Shown: one piece after another, positions 1-9,842 of the stretch | How positions within the stretch are numbered: position 1 is the first letter of the stretch | How the letters are laid out: each line of letters opens with the position of its first letter | Origin: Bacteroides sp. | GTDB taxonomy: Bacteria; Bacteroidota; Bacteroidia; Bacteroidales; Bacteroidaceae | Reading direction: 5' to 3' | NCBI GenBank assembly: GCA_017471925.1 | Contig: JAFURM010000008.1 | Coordinates: 14,861-78,860, forward strand | DNA: 64,000 nucleotides | Notes under the pieces: generated by a model | Seen by the model: only the letters and a program-made list of their open reading frames with translations | Database searches by the model: none | Told to the model about the DNA's origin: nothing | Made by a program: the position numbers and the translations under genes

Positions 1-2
1 AA

Positions 3-1199
3 GCACACGTCATGCCATCGGCCGGTAACCCCATTGTCTATGCCGAGAAAGTCGTGGGTCCCAAAGCCAAGACCGTCCTGGTCTATGCCCACTATGACGT
101 GATGCCCGTGGAGCCGTTGGAGCTGTGGCAGAGTCAGCCCTTTGAGCCCGAAGTGCGTGACGGACGCATCTATGCCCGTGGAGCCGACGACGACAAAGGA
201 CAGGCTTTCATCCAGGTGAAGGCATTCGAATACCTGACCCGACACAACCTGCTGACCCATAACGTGAAGTTTATCTTCGAAGGGGAAGAAGAGATAGGCT
301 CGCCCAGCCTGGAAGGATTCTGCCGGGAGCACAAAGAGTTGTTGAAGGCCGATGTCATACTGGTGTCCGACACCAGCATGCTGGGAGCCGACCTGCCTTC
401 GCTGACCACCGGACTGCGCGGTCTTGCCTACTGGGAGATAGAGGTGACAGGACCCAACCGTGACCTTCACTCGGGACACTTCGGCGGAGCGGTAGACAAT
501 CCCATCAATGCCCTTTGCCGGCTCATCGCCGGTGTGGTGGATGCAGACGGACGCATCACTATTCCCGGATTCTATGATGACGTGGAGGAAGTGCCGCAAG
601 CCGAGCGTGAGATGATAGCCCGCATACCTTTCGACGAAACGCGCTACAAGCAGGCCATCGGTGTCAACGAACTGTTCGGCGAGAAGGGCTACAGCACGCT
701 GGAGCGCAACAGTTGCCGTCCTTCCTTCGACGTGTGCGGCATCTGGGGCGGCTACACAGGGGAGGGTTCCAAGACCGTGCTGCCATCCAAGGCTTATGCC
801 AAGGTTTCCTGTCGCTTAGTACCCCATCAGGATCACGAGAAGATATCCCGACTCTTCATCGACTACATCCAACGCATGGCACCCGACACCATCCAAGTGA
901 AGGTGACCCCCATGCATGGCGGACAGGGCTACGTGTGCCCCATCTCCCTGCCGGCCTATCAGGCTGCCGAGAAAGGATTCGAGAAGGCATTCGGGAAGAA
1001 GCCGCTGGCCGTGCGTCGTGGCGGAAGCATTCCCATCATCTCCACCTTCGAAGAGGTGTTGGGCCTGAAGACCGTGCTCATGGGCTTCGGCTTAGAGGCG
1101 GATGCCATCCACTCGCCCAACGAGAACTTCTCATTAGACATCTTCCGCAAGGGCATTGAAGCCGTCGTGGAGTTCCACCTCAACTATTCGAAAGGCTGA
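3..1199 (+). CDS. M20 family dipeptidase/metallopeptidase, 5'-truncated by window edge
   Basis: Motifs YAHYDV, RGADDDKGQ, EGEEE, AIHSPNE; the frame stays open upstream of ATG 12 to the window start. Confidence 0.9.
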   Translation, partial: AHVMPSAGNPIVYAEKVVGPKAKTVLVYAHYDVMPVEPLELWQSQPFEPEVRDGRIYARGADDDKGQAFIQVKAFEYLTRHNLLTHNVKFIFEGEEEIGSPSLEGFCREHKELLKADVILVSDTSMLGADLPSLTTGLRGLAYWEIEVTGPNRDLHSGHFGGAVDNPINALCRLIAGVVDADGRITIPGFYDDVEEVPQAEREMIARIPFDETRYKQAIGVNELFGEKGYSTLERNSCRPSFDVCGIWGGYTGEGSKTVLPSKAYAKVSCRLVPHQDHEKISRLFIDYIQRMAPDTIQVKVTPMHGGQGYVCPISLPAYQAAEKGFEKAFGKKPLAVRRGGSIPIISTFEEVLGLKTVLMGFGLEADAIHSPNENFSLDIFRKGIEAVVEFHLNYSKG

Positions 1200-3361
1200 C
1201 GGAACGTGCAGCCGTTGCGCCACTCCGAACACCCATAGGCCGTCCGCCCCTTGATGATGGTGCCCTTGCCACATAGGGGACACGGCCTTCCCACCCAAGC
1301 ATCGCCTGCCGGCACGACCGGCGGTTGCGGTGCTTCTTCTTTTTTCTTGCGGGGTGCACGTTTTCTGGTCGGTTTGGGCGCGTCGGCCGATGTCTTGGCA
1401 GCGGCCTTGGACGCACCCTTGGCCGCGGGCTTTTCCGGAGTGCTCACCACGGTGACACGACGGTTGCTGGTATCGGCCTTCACGGCACCCACTATCTCTC
1501 TCACCATCTGCTTCAACTCTTCCAGAAACTGTGCGGCATTATAGGTGCGGTGCTCTATCTCGCGCAGCTTCTTCTCCCAGATACCGGTCAGCTCGGCCGA
1601 CTTCAGCAGTTCCTCCTTGATGAGCTGCACCAGCTCCACGCCTGTGGGTGTAGCCACCAGCGTCTTGCGCTCCCTGCGGATATAGTTGCGCTTGAAGAGG
1701 GTCTCTATGATGGCTGCCCGCGTGGAGGGGCGGCCTATGCCGTTCTCCTTCAGTGCGTCACGCAACTCATCGTTGTCCACCAGCTTGCCTGCGGTCTCCA
1801 TGGCCCTCAGCAGGGTGGCCTCGGTATAGGGTTTTGGCGGTGTGGTCCAACGTTCTATGAGGTCGGGGACGTGAGGGCCGCTCTCGCCCTTCACAAAGTC
1901 GGGCAACGTGTTCTCGCCCTCCTCCTCGCGCTCCTCTTCGGACGTGCCGGCCTGTGCGCCGAAGACTACCCGCCAGCCCGGCTCCATCACCTTGCGGCCC
2001 GAAACCTTGAAGAGAATCTCCTCCACACGTCCCATCACCGTGGTGTTCATCACCTTGCATTCGGGATAGAAGGCCGCGATGAAGCGACGGGCTATGAGGT
2101 CGAAGACACGCTTCTCCATGTCGCTCAGGTTCACCGGCGGTTGTCCGGTGGGGATGATGGCGTGGTGGTCGGTCACCTTGCTGTTGTCGAACACCTTCTT
2201 CGACTTGGGCAGTGTCTTTCCTTCCAGAGGGGCGGTCAGCGTTTCGTAACCACGCAGGCCCTTCAGGATGCCGGGACACTTGGGGTAGACATCGTCGGGC
2301 AGGAAGGAGGTGTCCACACGGGGATAGGTGGCCACCTTCTTTTCATAGAGGGACTGGATGAGTTTCAGGGTCTCTTCGGCCGAGTAGCCGAACTTCTTGT
2401 TGCACTCCACCTGCAGCAGGGTGAGGTCAAAGAGGCGGGGCGCCGACTCCTTGCCCGGCTTCTTCACCACCTCGGTCACCGTGAAGGGGAGTTCCCTGAT
2501 GTGCTCCACCAGTGCCTGCCCGCTCGCGCTGTCGGGTATAGGGTCAATGCCGGGATTGTCCGCTTCCAGCCTGCGCATGGCTTCGGCCGCATCAAATGGG
2601 GTGTTGCTTTTCTCCGCCTTCTCCTTCAGTTTCTCCACCTCGGCCACCAGGTCTTCCTCACTGCGTTTCAGCAGGGCGGAGAAGGTGACGTTGCGATAGG
2701 CCGTCTTCAGTTCCCAATACTGGCGGGGCACGAAGTGTTCTATCTCCTGCTGACGGTTCACGATGAGCGCCAGCGTAGGAGTCTGCACCCGTCCGATGGA
2801 GAGTACCTGCCGGTTCTGACCATACTTCATGGTGTAGAGGCGGGTGGCGTTCATGCCCAGCAGCCAGTCGCCGATGGCCCGGCTCAGTCCGGCTTCATAG
2901 AGCGGCTGATAGTCCGACGCCTCCTTCAGGTTGTTGAATCCGTCACGTATGGCCTCCTCGGTCAGGGAGGAAATCCACAGGCGCTTTACGGGACACCTGG
3001 CTCCGGCCTTCTGCATCACCCACCGCTGGATAAGCTCACCCTCCTGGCCGGCATCACCACAGTTGATGATCATGTCGGCCTGTTGCATGAGTCCCTCAAT
3101 GATGCGGAACTGCTTCTCGTAAGTGGGGTTACTGATGAGTTTGATGCCAAAGCGGGGAGGTATCATGGGGAGGTATTCCAGGCGCCAGCTCTTCCAGTCG
3201 GCCGTATATTCGTGCGGCTCCTTCAGGGTGCATAGGTGGCCGAAAGTCCACGTCACCTGATAGCCGTTGCCCTCTATATATCCGTCCCGCTTGATGCGGG
3301 CACCCAGCACTTCGGCTATGTCACGCGCCACGGTGGGCTTTTCTGCTATACAAACAACCAT
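1184..3361 (-). CDS. topB: DNA topoisomerase III (type IA)
   Basis: TOPRIM IAEKP and CGDAGQEGE, SIGRVQTPTL, catalytic TYPR, GIGRPSTRA, C-terminal CPLC..CSEW..C zinc ribbon; 16-bp convergent overlap with the dipeptidase. Confidence 0.93.
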   Translation of the reverse strand: MVVCIAEKPTVARDIAEVLGARIKRDGYIEGNGYQVTWTFGHLCTLKEPHEYTADWKSWRLEYLPMIPPRFGIKLISNPTYEKQFRIIEGLMQQADMIINCGDAGQEGELIQRWVMQKAGARCPVKRLWISSLTEEAIRDGFNNLKEASDYQPLYEAGLSRAIGDWLLGMNATRLYTMKYGQNRQVLSIGRVQTPTLALIVNRQQEIEHFVPRQYWELKTAYRNVTFSALLKRSEEDLVAEVEKLKEKAEKSNTPFDAAEAMRRLEADNPGIDPIPDSASGQALVEHIRELPFTVTEVVKKPGKESAPRLFDLTLLQVECNKKFGYSAEETLKLIQSLYEKKVATYPRVDTSFLPDDVYPKCPGILKGLRGYETLTAPLEGKTLPKSKKVFDNSKVTDHHAIIPTGQPPVNLSDMEKRVFDLIARRFIAAFYPECKVMNTTVMGRVEEILFKVSGRKVMEPGWRVVFGAQAGTSEEEREEEGENTLPDFVKGESGPHVPDLIERWTTPPKPYTEATLLRAMETAGKLVDNDELRDALKENGIGRPSTRAAIIETLFKRNYIRRERKTLVATPTGVELVQLIKEELLKSAELTGIWEKKLREIEHRTYNAAQFLEELKQMVREIVGAVKADTSNRRVTVVSTPEKPAAKGASKAAAKTSADAPKPTRKRAPRKKKEEAPQPPVVPAGDAWVGRPCPLCGKGTIIKGRTAYGCSEWRNGCTFRQPFE

Positions 3362-3391
3362 ATATATCGATGGAATGATGAATTAAGGTTG

Positions 3392-3399
3392 CAAAAGTA
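3392..3399 (-). promoter_or_regulatory. Bacteroidetes -7 promoter element for topB
   Basis: TACTTTTG (TAnnTTTG) on the minus strand about 30 bp upstream of the start codon. Confidence 0.6.
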
Positions 3400-3511
3400 C
3401 GTTTTTATCGGCTAAGTTGCCCAATCTGCCTGCACATTTATTTCTTCATCCCCTAAAATCCATGCAAAAGGATTAATATATGTTATTAAACACATCTTTT
3501 TTCTTGCATAA

Positions 3512-3542
3512 TTTGCAGGTATGCGAAAAGTCCGTATCTTTG
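3512..3542 (+). promoter_or_regulatory. Consensus Bacteroidetes primary-sigma promoter
   Basis: TTTG (3512-3515), 19-nt spacer, TATCTTTG (3535-3542). Confidence 0.75.
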
Positions 3543-3547
3543 CAACG

Positions 3548-3610
3548 TGTTTTTCATAGTATTAGATTTAAGGTTAACAAAGGTTGGAGTACAGCGGTAC
3601 TCCTTTTTTT
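3548..3610 (+). ncRNA. Candidate ~60-nt trans-acting small RNA
   Basis: Consensus promoter, no sense ORF, intrinsic terminator GGAGTAC-agcg-GTACTCC-T7. Confidence 0.7.
3586..3610 (+). terminator. Intrinsic terminator of the candidate sRNA
   Basis: Perfect 7-bp stem, 4-nt loop, 7 T. Confidence 0.85.
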
Positions 3611-3692
3611 ATGCCCATACGGAAGCGAGTACATCCTGACTGACATACATCTATAATATAGGCACGAATGGCCTTGGGGCGTTCTCCGGCCC

Positions 3693-4094
3693 CTATCTTT
3701 CCACGATGTTATACACCCAGGAGGCATCGTTGAAGTCCACGTACAGCTGCATCTGTCCGTCCGACTGCTTCCTGAACCTCAGGTGGCAGCGTGCACCGTC
3801 TTCGTTCACACACTTCAGCTCCCACGTCTTTCCGCCTTCGCTGTCGGTAGTCACCTCGCTTGAGGAGTCGTATATATCATACTCCTGCGGGGTCTCGCTG
3901 TAGACGTTCACCACATTCTTGTCGAAGTTGACAACAATCAGCACCGAACTATCCTTCCAATCCGTCCAGTCGGTCCACACGCCATTATCCTGCTGATACT
4001 TAAAGGCAAAGCTTGTAGCCCTATATTTAGTGACCTGAGCCAGACACGTCATTGCGAAAACGCCAAATAGCAAAGAGAGAAATAACTTTTTCAT
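3693..4094 (-). CDS. Hypothetical secreted protein (133 aa, beta-rich)
   Basis: Start reassigned to MKKLFLSLLFGVFAMTCLA-Q signal peptide (ATG at 4094); AT-rich upstream region. Confidence 0.75.
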   Translation of the reverse strand: MKKLFLSLLFGVFAMTCLAQVTKYRATSFAFKYQQDNGVWTDWTDWKDSSVLIVVNFDKNVVNVYSETPQEYDIYDSSSEVTTDSEGGKTWELKCVNEDGARCHLRFRKQSDGQMQLYVDFNDASWVYNIVER

Positions 4095-4290
4095 GATATA
4101 CAATGGATTTAAGTGAATACAGTGGGACAAAGAGAAGTATATTATTAAAAAAACAAACGAATTATTGCTAAAAAACTCCCGCATAAAGTAAACCGAAACA
4201 GCTTCTAAGACTTCATCGGCCCACCGTCCAGCCGCTCCCAAGGGCGGCATCGTACATGAGGGGTTGCCTCTCCCTTGCCATGCGGAAACA

Positions 4291-4445
4291 CCTGTATAAC
4301 ACAAAGGGCAATGCCCGTATAACGCACGGGCCCGTGCGTATAAACGCAAGGACAGGCGCGTATAAACGTAAAGGTAATGGGGAAGATAACGAAAAAGGTT
4401 GCAGGATTATCACAGAAAGGTTGCAGGATTATAAACGGAAAGGCG
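4291..4445. repeat. Degenerate ~22-bp periodic intergenic repeats
   Basis: GTATAA at 4294/4317/4338/4360; exact AAAGGTTGCAGGATTAT at 4394 and 4416; 18-bp palindrome ACGCACGGGCCCGTGCGT at 4322-4339. Confidence 0.7.
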
Positions 4446-4515
4446 GAAACGGCATCAGGAAGCAACTCGTGCGCACGGCAGCAACGGCCGGAGCGCATAG
4501 AGCGGGAGGGGGATA

Positions 4516-4563
4516 AAAAGAGAGGAGTCAATCGTCTTGCATTCACTTGACAATCAACTCCTT
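4516..4563 (-). terminator. Hairpin/terminator downstream of tRNA-Ser
   Basis: Imperfect stem GGAGTCAATCGTC / GACAATCAACTCC followed on the minus strand by TCTCTTTT. Confidence 0.5.
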
Positions 4564-4570
4564 TACTTAG

Positions 4571-4655
4571 CGGAGAGACAGGGATTCGAACCCCGGGTAC
4601 CTCTCGGTACAACGGTTTTCAAGACCGCCGCAATCGACCACTCTGCCACCTCTCC
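4571..4655 (-). tRNA. tRNA-Ser (anticodon TGA)
   Basis: Minus strand reads GGAGAGGTGGCAGAGTGG...GCGGTCTTGAAAACCGT...GGTTCGAATCCCTGTCTCTCCG; long variable arm; CCA not encoded; TACCTTTG promoter at 4717-4724. Confidence 0.97.
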
Positions 4656-4938
4656 AAGTGCTCCGCACAAGAAGTTTGCACCATCCCATGCAGAAGTACT
4701 TACCTCAAAAGCGCTGCAAAGGTAAGACAGTTTTTTCATACGGCCAACAAATCCTGCCTTTTTTTGCGTGTTTTTTTGCATCACGAGAGACGCAGGGCAA
4801 AGCATTAAGGGGAAGAATGGAACATTTTTATGCTGAAAAACATAAATTAAGGGCATCCAATGGCTGATATATGAAGAAAAGGTCGTAAATTTGCACGCTC
4901 TAAAAGATAAATATAACCCAATAACAAAATGAATATTT

Positions 4939-7167
4939 ATGGATTTGAGCAAGACCTTTATTAACGGACTCTGGAACAAGGAAATCAACGTCAGTGATTT
5001 CGTGAGTAAAAACATCGCGCCCTACACAGGAGACGCCTCCTTCCTGCAAGGCCCCACAGAGCGCACCAAGCGTATATGGGCACTGTGCCTGGAAGCAATC
5101 GAAGAGGAACGGGCCAATAATGGAGTCCGCGCACTGGACAACACCACCGTGTCCACCATCACTTCCCACCAAGCCGGCTATATAGATAAGGAGAACGAGC
5201 TGATCGTAGGTCTGCAGACCGACGAGCTGCTGAAGCGTGCCATCAAGCCCTTCGGCGGCATCAACGTAGTGGCCAAGGCCTGCCGCGAAAACGGCGTGGA
5301 GGTGGACGACCGCGTGAAGGAAATCTTCACCCACTATCGCAAGACACACAACGACGGTGTGTTCGATGCCTACACTGAAGAGATACGTTCATTCCGCTCA
5401 CTGGGCTTCCTCACCGGCCTGCCCGACAACTATGCCCGCGGCCGCATCATCGGCGACTACCGCCGTCTGGCCCTCTATGGCATAGACCGCCTCATCGAGG
5501 CCAAGCAGGAAGACCTGCGTAACCTCACCGGCCCCATGACCGACGCCCGCATCCGTCTGCGCGAAGAGGTGGCCGAGCAAATCAAGGCACTGAAGGAAAT
5601 CAAGGTGATGGGCGAATACTACGGCCTGGACCTGAGCCGTCCCGCCACGTCGGCACAGGAAGCCGTGCAGTGGGTCTACATGGCCTACCTGGCGGCCGTA
5701 AAGGAACAGGACGGTGCCGCCATGTCGTTAGGCAACGTATCTTCCTTCCTGGACATCTTCATCGAATATGACCTGGCCCACGGACGAATCAACGAGACCT
5801 TCGCCCAGGAACTGATAGACCAGTTCGTCATCAAGCTGCGCATGGTGCGCCACCTGCGTATGCAATCCTACAACGACATCTTCGCCGGAGACCCCACCTG
5901 GGTAACCGAAGCCATCGGCGGACGCTTCAATGACGGCCGGGTTAAGGTGACCAAGACCTCCTTCCGCTTCCTGCAGACCCTCTACAACCTGGGACCCTCG
6001 CCCGAGCCCAACATGACGGTGCTGTGGAGCCCCGAACTGCCCGAAGGCTTCAAGGACTTCTGCGCCAAGGTTTCCGTAGACACCAGCTCCATCCAGTATG
6101 AGAACGACAACCTGATGCGCGAGGTGCGCAACTGCGACGACTACGGCATTGCCTGCTGCGTCTCCTATCAGGCCATCGGCAAGCAGATACAGTTCTTCGG
6201 CGCACGCGCCAACCTGGCCAAGGCCCTGCTGCTGGCCATCAACGGCGGACGTTGCGAGAACACCGGCACCGTAATGGTAAAGGGCATCCCCGTGCTGACC
6301 AGTGACGAGCTGAAGTTCGAAGAGGTGATGGCCAACTACAAAAAGGTGCTGACCGAGATTGCCCGCGTCTACAACGAAGCCATGAACATCATCCACTACA
6401 TGCACGACAAGTATTACTACGAGAAGGCTCAAATGGCCTTCGTGGATACCGACCCGCGCATCAACCTGGCCTATGGCGTAGCCGGCCTCTCCATCGCACT
6501 TGACTCGCTGTCGGCCATCCGCTATGCCAAAGTGACGGCCAAGCGTAACGACATCGGCCTGACCGAAAGCTTCCAAATCGAGGGCGAGTTCCCCTGCTTC
6601 GGCAACAACGACGACCGCGTGGATCAGCTGGGTGTAGACCTGGTCTACTACTTCAGCGAGGAGCTGAAGAAGCTGCCCGTCTACAAGAACGCCCGCCCCA
6701 CCCTCTCGCTGCTGACCATCACTTCCAACGTGATGTATGGAAAGAAGACAGGTGCCACGCCCGACGGCCGTGCCAAGGGTGTACCTTTCGCTCCGGGTGC
6801 CAACCCCATGCACGGACGCGACAAGAACGGTGCCATCGCTTCGCTCAGTTCTGTGGCCAAGTTGCGCTACCGCGACTCTCAGGACGGTATCAGCAACACC
6901 TTCTCCATCGTGCCCAAGTCGCTCGGCCCCACGCCCGAAGAGCGCGTAGAGAACCTGGTGACCATGATGGACGGCTACTTCACCAAGGGTGCCCACCACC
7001 TGAACGTGAACGTGCTGAACCGTGAGATGTTGGAAGATGCCATGGAGCATCCCGAGAAGTATCCGCAACTCACCATCCGTGTATCGGGCTATGCCGTGAA
7101 CTTCGTGAAGCTGAGCCGCGAGCATCAGCTGGAGGTTATCAGCCGCTCTTTCCACGAAAGGATGTGA
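4939..7167 (+). CDS. pflB: Pyruvate formate-lyase (formate C-acetyltransferase)
   Basis: IACCVS active-site cysteines, C-terminal IRVSGYAV glycyl-radical motif; TAAATTTG promoter at 4886-4893. Confidence 0.97.
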   Translation: MDLSKTFINGLWNKEINVSDFVSKNIAPYTGDASFLQGPTERTKRIWALCLEAIEEERANNGVRALDNTTVSTITSHQAGYIDKENELIVGLQTDELLKRAIKPFGGINVVAKACRENGVEVDDRVKEIFTHYRKTHNDGVFDAYTEEIRSFRSLGFLTGLPDNYARGRIIGDYRRLALYGIDRLIEAKQEDLRNLTGPMTDARIRLREEVAEQIKALKEIKVMGEYYGLDLSRPATSAQEAVQWVYMAYLAAVKEQDGAAMSLGNVSSFLDIFIEYDLAHGRINETFAQELIDQFVIKLRMVRHLRMQSYNDIFAGDPTWVTEAIGGRFNDGRVKVTKTSFRFLQTLYNLGPSPEPNMTVLWSPELPEGFKDFCAKVSVDTSSIQYENDNLMREVRNCDDYGIACCVSYQAIGKQIQFFGARANLAKALLLAINGGRCENTGTVMVKGIPVLTSDELKFEEVMANYKKVLTEIARVYNEAMNIIHYMHDKYYYEKAQMAFVDTDPRINLAYGVAGLSIALDSLSAIRYAKVTAKRNDIGLTESFQIEGEFPCFGNNDDRVDQLGVDLVYYFSEELKKLPVYKNARPTLSLLTITSNVMYGKKTGATPDGRAKGVPFAPGANPMHGRDKNGAIASLSSVAKLRYRDSQDGISNTFSIVPKSLGPTPEERVENLVTMMDGYFTKGAHHLNVNVLNREMLEDAMEHPEKYPQLTIRVSGYAVNFVKLSREHQLEVISRSFHERM

Positions 7168-7176
7168 TGCACTGTC

Positions 7177-7246
7177 GATAATTGACAATTGACAGTTGAT
7201 AGTCGACAATTGATAACTAACAGTTGATAATTGACAGTTGACAGTT
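7177..7246 (+). repeat. 10 tandem degenerate heptamers (GAYARTT)
   Basis: gataatt gacaatt gacagtt gatagtc gacaatt gataact aacagtt gataatt gacagtt gacagtt. Confidence 0.92.
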
Positions 7247-7259
7247 ATATAAACGGTTA

Positions 7260-7991
7260 ATGATGAAATTGAATGTTCATTCCTATGAATCCATGGGAAC
7301 TTTCGACGGGCCGGGTCTCCGGCTCGTCGTGTTCTTGCAAGGATGTCCCTTCCGCTGCCTCTATTGCGCCAATCCCGACACGATAGAGGTGCAGGGAGGC
7401 AAGCCCACCTCACCGGAAGAGGTGGTGCAGATGGCCGTCAGCCAAAAGCCGTTCTTCGGCAGGCGTGGAGGCGTCACCTTCTCGGGAGGAGAGCCTACCC
7501 TTCAGGCCGAAGCACTCATCCCGCTGGTCGAAGAACTGAAGCGGCAGGGCATACACACCTGTATAGACAGTAACGGCGGACTATGGAACAAGCATGTGGA
7601 GCGGCTGCTGGAAGTGTGCGACCTGGTGCTGCTCGACGTGAAGGAGTTCAATCCCGAACGCCACAAGGCACTGACCGGACGCAGCAACGAGCAGACCCTG
7701 CGCACGGCCGCCTGGTTGGAAGAGCATGGCAAGCCGTTCTGGCTGCGCTATGTGCTGGTGCCCGGACACAGCGACTTCGAGGAGGACATCCGTGCGCTGG
7801 GCGAACACTTCAGGAGCTATCGACAGATAGAGCGCGTGGAAATCCTGCCCTACCACCGTCTGGGTGTACACAAGTACGAAGCTATGGGCCTGGAATATCA
7901 CCTGAAAGAGGTAAAAGAAAACACGCCCCAACAACTGGAGCGTGCCGAAAAACTGTTCAGAAGCTATCTGCAGAACGTAATAGTCAACTGA
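7260..7991 (+). CDS. pflA: PFL-activating enzyme (radical SAM)
   Basis: DGPGLR, CPFRCLYC, GVTFSGGEP, ILPYH; directly downstream of pflB. Confidence 0.96.
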   Translation: MMKLNVHSYESMGTFDGPGLRLVVFLQGCPFRCLYCANPDTIEVQGGKPTSPEEVVQMAVSQKPFFGRRGGVTFSGGEPTLQAEALIPLVEELKRQGIHTCIDSNGGLWNKHVERLLEVCDLVLLDVKEFNPERHKALTGRSNEQTLRTAAWLEEHGKPFWLRYVLVPGHSDFEEDIRALGEHFRSYRQIERVEILPYHRLGVHKYEAMGLEYHLKEVKENTPQQLERAEKLFRSYLQNVIVN

Positions 7992-7996
7992 TGCCC

Positions 7997-9262
7997 TCAA
8001 TACATCAGCCGGATGCCGCCCTGCAACGAGAAGTTGCAGGGATGCTCCTTGCGGATGGTCTCCACGGAAGAGCCGTCGTCAAAGTAGTAGGCCACTCCCG
8101 GCTCGATATAGAGACCCACGCGCGAACTGACATTCACCTGGGCACCCACTGCCCCGGTGACTGAGAACTGCAGCGGATCCACACTCTCCTTCTCGCCGTC
8201 CACGCGGCCATATATACACTTTTCCACCATGCCCCCGGCCGAGGCATAAAGCAGAAAACGCTTCTTCTTCCACACGTCATAGTTCACCCGCACGGGGATG
8301 CCCAGATAGTGCAGCTTCTGCTCCACGACCGTCGAAGTACCCGGATATTTCACGTCGGAAGCCAGATAGGTGTAGACCACTCCTGTCTCCACCGAGATGC
8401 GTCCGGAGAGCGACTTGCGCAACGAGATGCCCACGCTGACCGGCTGCTTGTGTTCTATCTCGGCCTTCTCCTCGGTATCCTTCAGCAGATAGGGCATACC
8501 CTCTCGGAAGACCAGTTCTTCGCCGTCGCCCACATTCAGGATGCTGCTTGCACACTCGTTCCAATGGACGGGAGCCACCGACTGGTACGTATAGGCGGGG
8601 CCTGAGGTGTTCACCGTCTCTCCCACTCCCATGCCCAGGACACGTCCCGGATTGCCTACGGCCAGGGCAAGCGACCAGTCTGCACCCGTCTGCCTTGAGG
8701 AGTGCGGCTGTTGCAGGCTTCGCCGCTGGACAGGCCGGGTGTTCTCCCGTCGGCGGTGTTGCGGTTGGTGCTGCTGTGGTGTCTGTTCCCGATGGGAGGG
8801 TTGCGGGTATGCAGACGGCCGGTGACAGGAATCCACGGAGGCGGTCGGCTGTTGGTGCAACTGCGGATGGGGGAAGTCGTGACGGGGGGCAGCCGACACA
8901 TCGGTTGCAGCGGGAGCAGCGGCTACAGCGGGAGTAGCGGACGACGGTTCTTCCTCTGCTGCATAGGCCGAAGGTTGGGAGGATGCCTCCTGAGAGGGAG
9001 GTGTCGGCGAAGCGGGCACATAGGCCATGCGCTGTTTCTCATCCACCTGCGGCATCTGCCACAGGGCAGAAAAGCCTATCAGCAGCAACAGAACGGCTGC
9101 TGCCGCCCACCAGGGCCACATCGGGCGACGCTTCGGGGCAGGTGAGGCTGTCGGCAGCCGTTGCAGGTCGGCCTCCAGCTCTTCCCAAGCGGCAGGGGAG
9201 ACAGGCTCGGCATACTCCTCCAGCCGCTCCTTCATTTTCATAATCCAAGGTTCTTCTTTCAT
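7997..9262 (-). CDS. Dual-membrane-spanning anti-sigma factor (Dma/Reo-like): N-terminal anti-sigma helix, TM helix, disordered linker, C-terminal OM beta-barrel
   Basis: MKEEPWIMKMKERLEEY..AWEELE, TM WAAAAVLLLLIGF, long P/A/S/Q-rich linker, beta-strand C-terminus ending GIRLMY; immediately downstream of ECF sigma. Confidence 0.8.
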   Translation of the reverse strand: MKEEPWIMKMKERLEEYAEPVSPAAWEELEADLQRLPTASPAPKRRPMWPWWAAAAVLLLLIGFSALWQMPQVDEKQRMAYVPASPTPPSQEASSQPSAYAAEEEPSSATPAVAAAPAATDVSAAPRHDFPHPQLHQQPTASVDSCHRPSAYPQPSHREQTPQQHQPQHRRRENTRPVQRRSLQQPHSSRQTGADWSLALAVGNPGRVLGMGVGETVNTSGPAYTYQSVAPVHWNECASSILNVGDGEELVFREGMPYLLKDTEEKAEIEHKQPVSVGISLRKSLSGRISVETGVVYTYLASDVKYPGTSTVVEQKLHYLGIPVRVNYDVWKKKRFLLYASAGGMVEKCIYGRVDGEKESVDPLQFSVTGAVGAQVNVSSRVGLYIEPGVAYYFDDGSSVETIRKEHPCNFSLQGGIRLMY

Positions 9263-9281
9263 TTCAAGTTTCTCCTTTCTT

Positions 9282-9842
9282 TCATTGTTCCTGTTCGGCC
9301 ATCCATTGGCGCACCTTGCGGGCCAGGGCCGACTTGGCACGCACCAGCTGCGAGGCCGATGACTTCTCGTTGATGCCCAGCAAGTGGGCTATTTCCTTGT
9401 GTGATTTCTCTTCGAAGACATAGAGGTTGAACACCGTGCGATAGCCCACGGGCAGTTCACGGACAAACTGCATCAGCCGCTCTTCCGGAATGCGCTCCAC
9501 CATCATGGGCGACGGCGGCTCCTCATCGGCCACGCTCACCGCCTCCAGTTCGGAGGCATGACGCAGCACGTCCTGTCGGCGCAGGTACTGCAGGGCTGTG
9601 TTCACCATGACCCGCTCCATCCATGCCTTGAGTGAGCCGGTTCCCCGCCAGGTGAACTTGTCGAAAGAGGCATAGAGTTTCAGGAAGCCGTCGTGCAGCA
9701 GGTCCCGGGCCGTCTCACGCTCGCCTACATAGCGCAGGCAGATGCCCAGCATGTGCCCGGCATAGCGTTCATACAGTTGCCGCCGGGCCCGATTGTCGCC
9801 CTGCCGGCACTGTTCGGCCAGTAGTTGTTCGTCCTCTGTCAT
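9282..9842 (-). CDS. ECF sigma-70 factor
   Basis: Region 2 (LYERY..ARDLLHDGFLK..WMERVMVN) and region 4 (LPVGYRTVFNLY..SHKEIA..SSASQL). Confidence 0.93.
   Translation of the reverse strand: MTEDEQLLAEQCRQGDNRARRQLYERYAGHMLGICLRYVGERETARDLLHDGFLKLYASFDKFTWRGTGSLKAWMERVMVNTALQYLRRQDVLRHASELEAVSVADEEPPSPMMVERIPEERLMQFVRELPVGYRTVFNLYVFEEKSHKEIAHLLGINEKSSASQLVRAKSALARKVRQWMAEQEQ

Noticed and set aside
1325-3235. 636-aa ORF antisense to topB, and similar long antisense ORFs (5728-7413, 24287-25633, 29286-31394, 38068-39246, 61074-62231)
   Set aside because: Shadow frames of GC3-rich genes; no recognisable motifs and they overlap confident CDSs on the opposite strand
4095-4349. N-terminal extension of the 218-aa ORF
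   Set aside because: Runs through AT-rich and repeat DNA; the signal peptide begins at ATG 4094
4291-4445. Possible CRISPR array (also 15090-15170 and 39310-39445)
   Set aside because: Units are contiguous and degenerate with no unique spacers; no cas genes in the window
4537-5015. ORFs overlapping tRNA-Ser
   Set aside because: Explained by the tRNA and its divergent promoters
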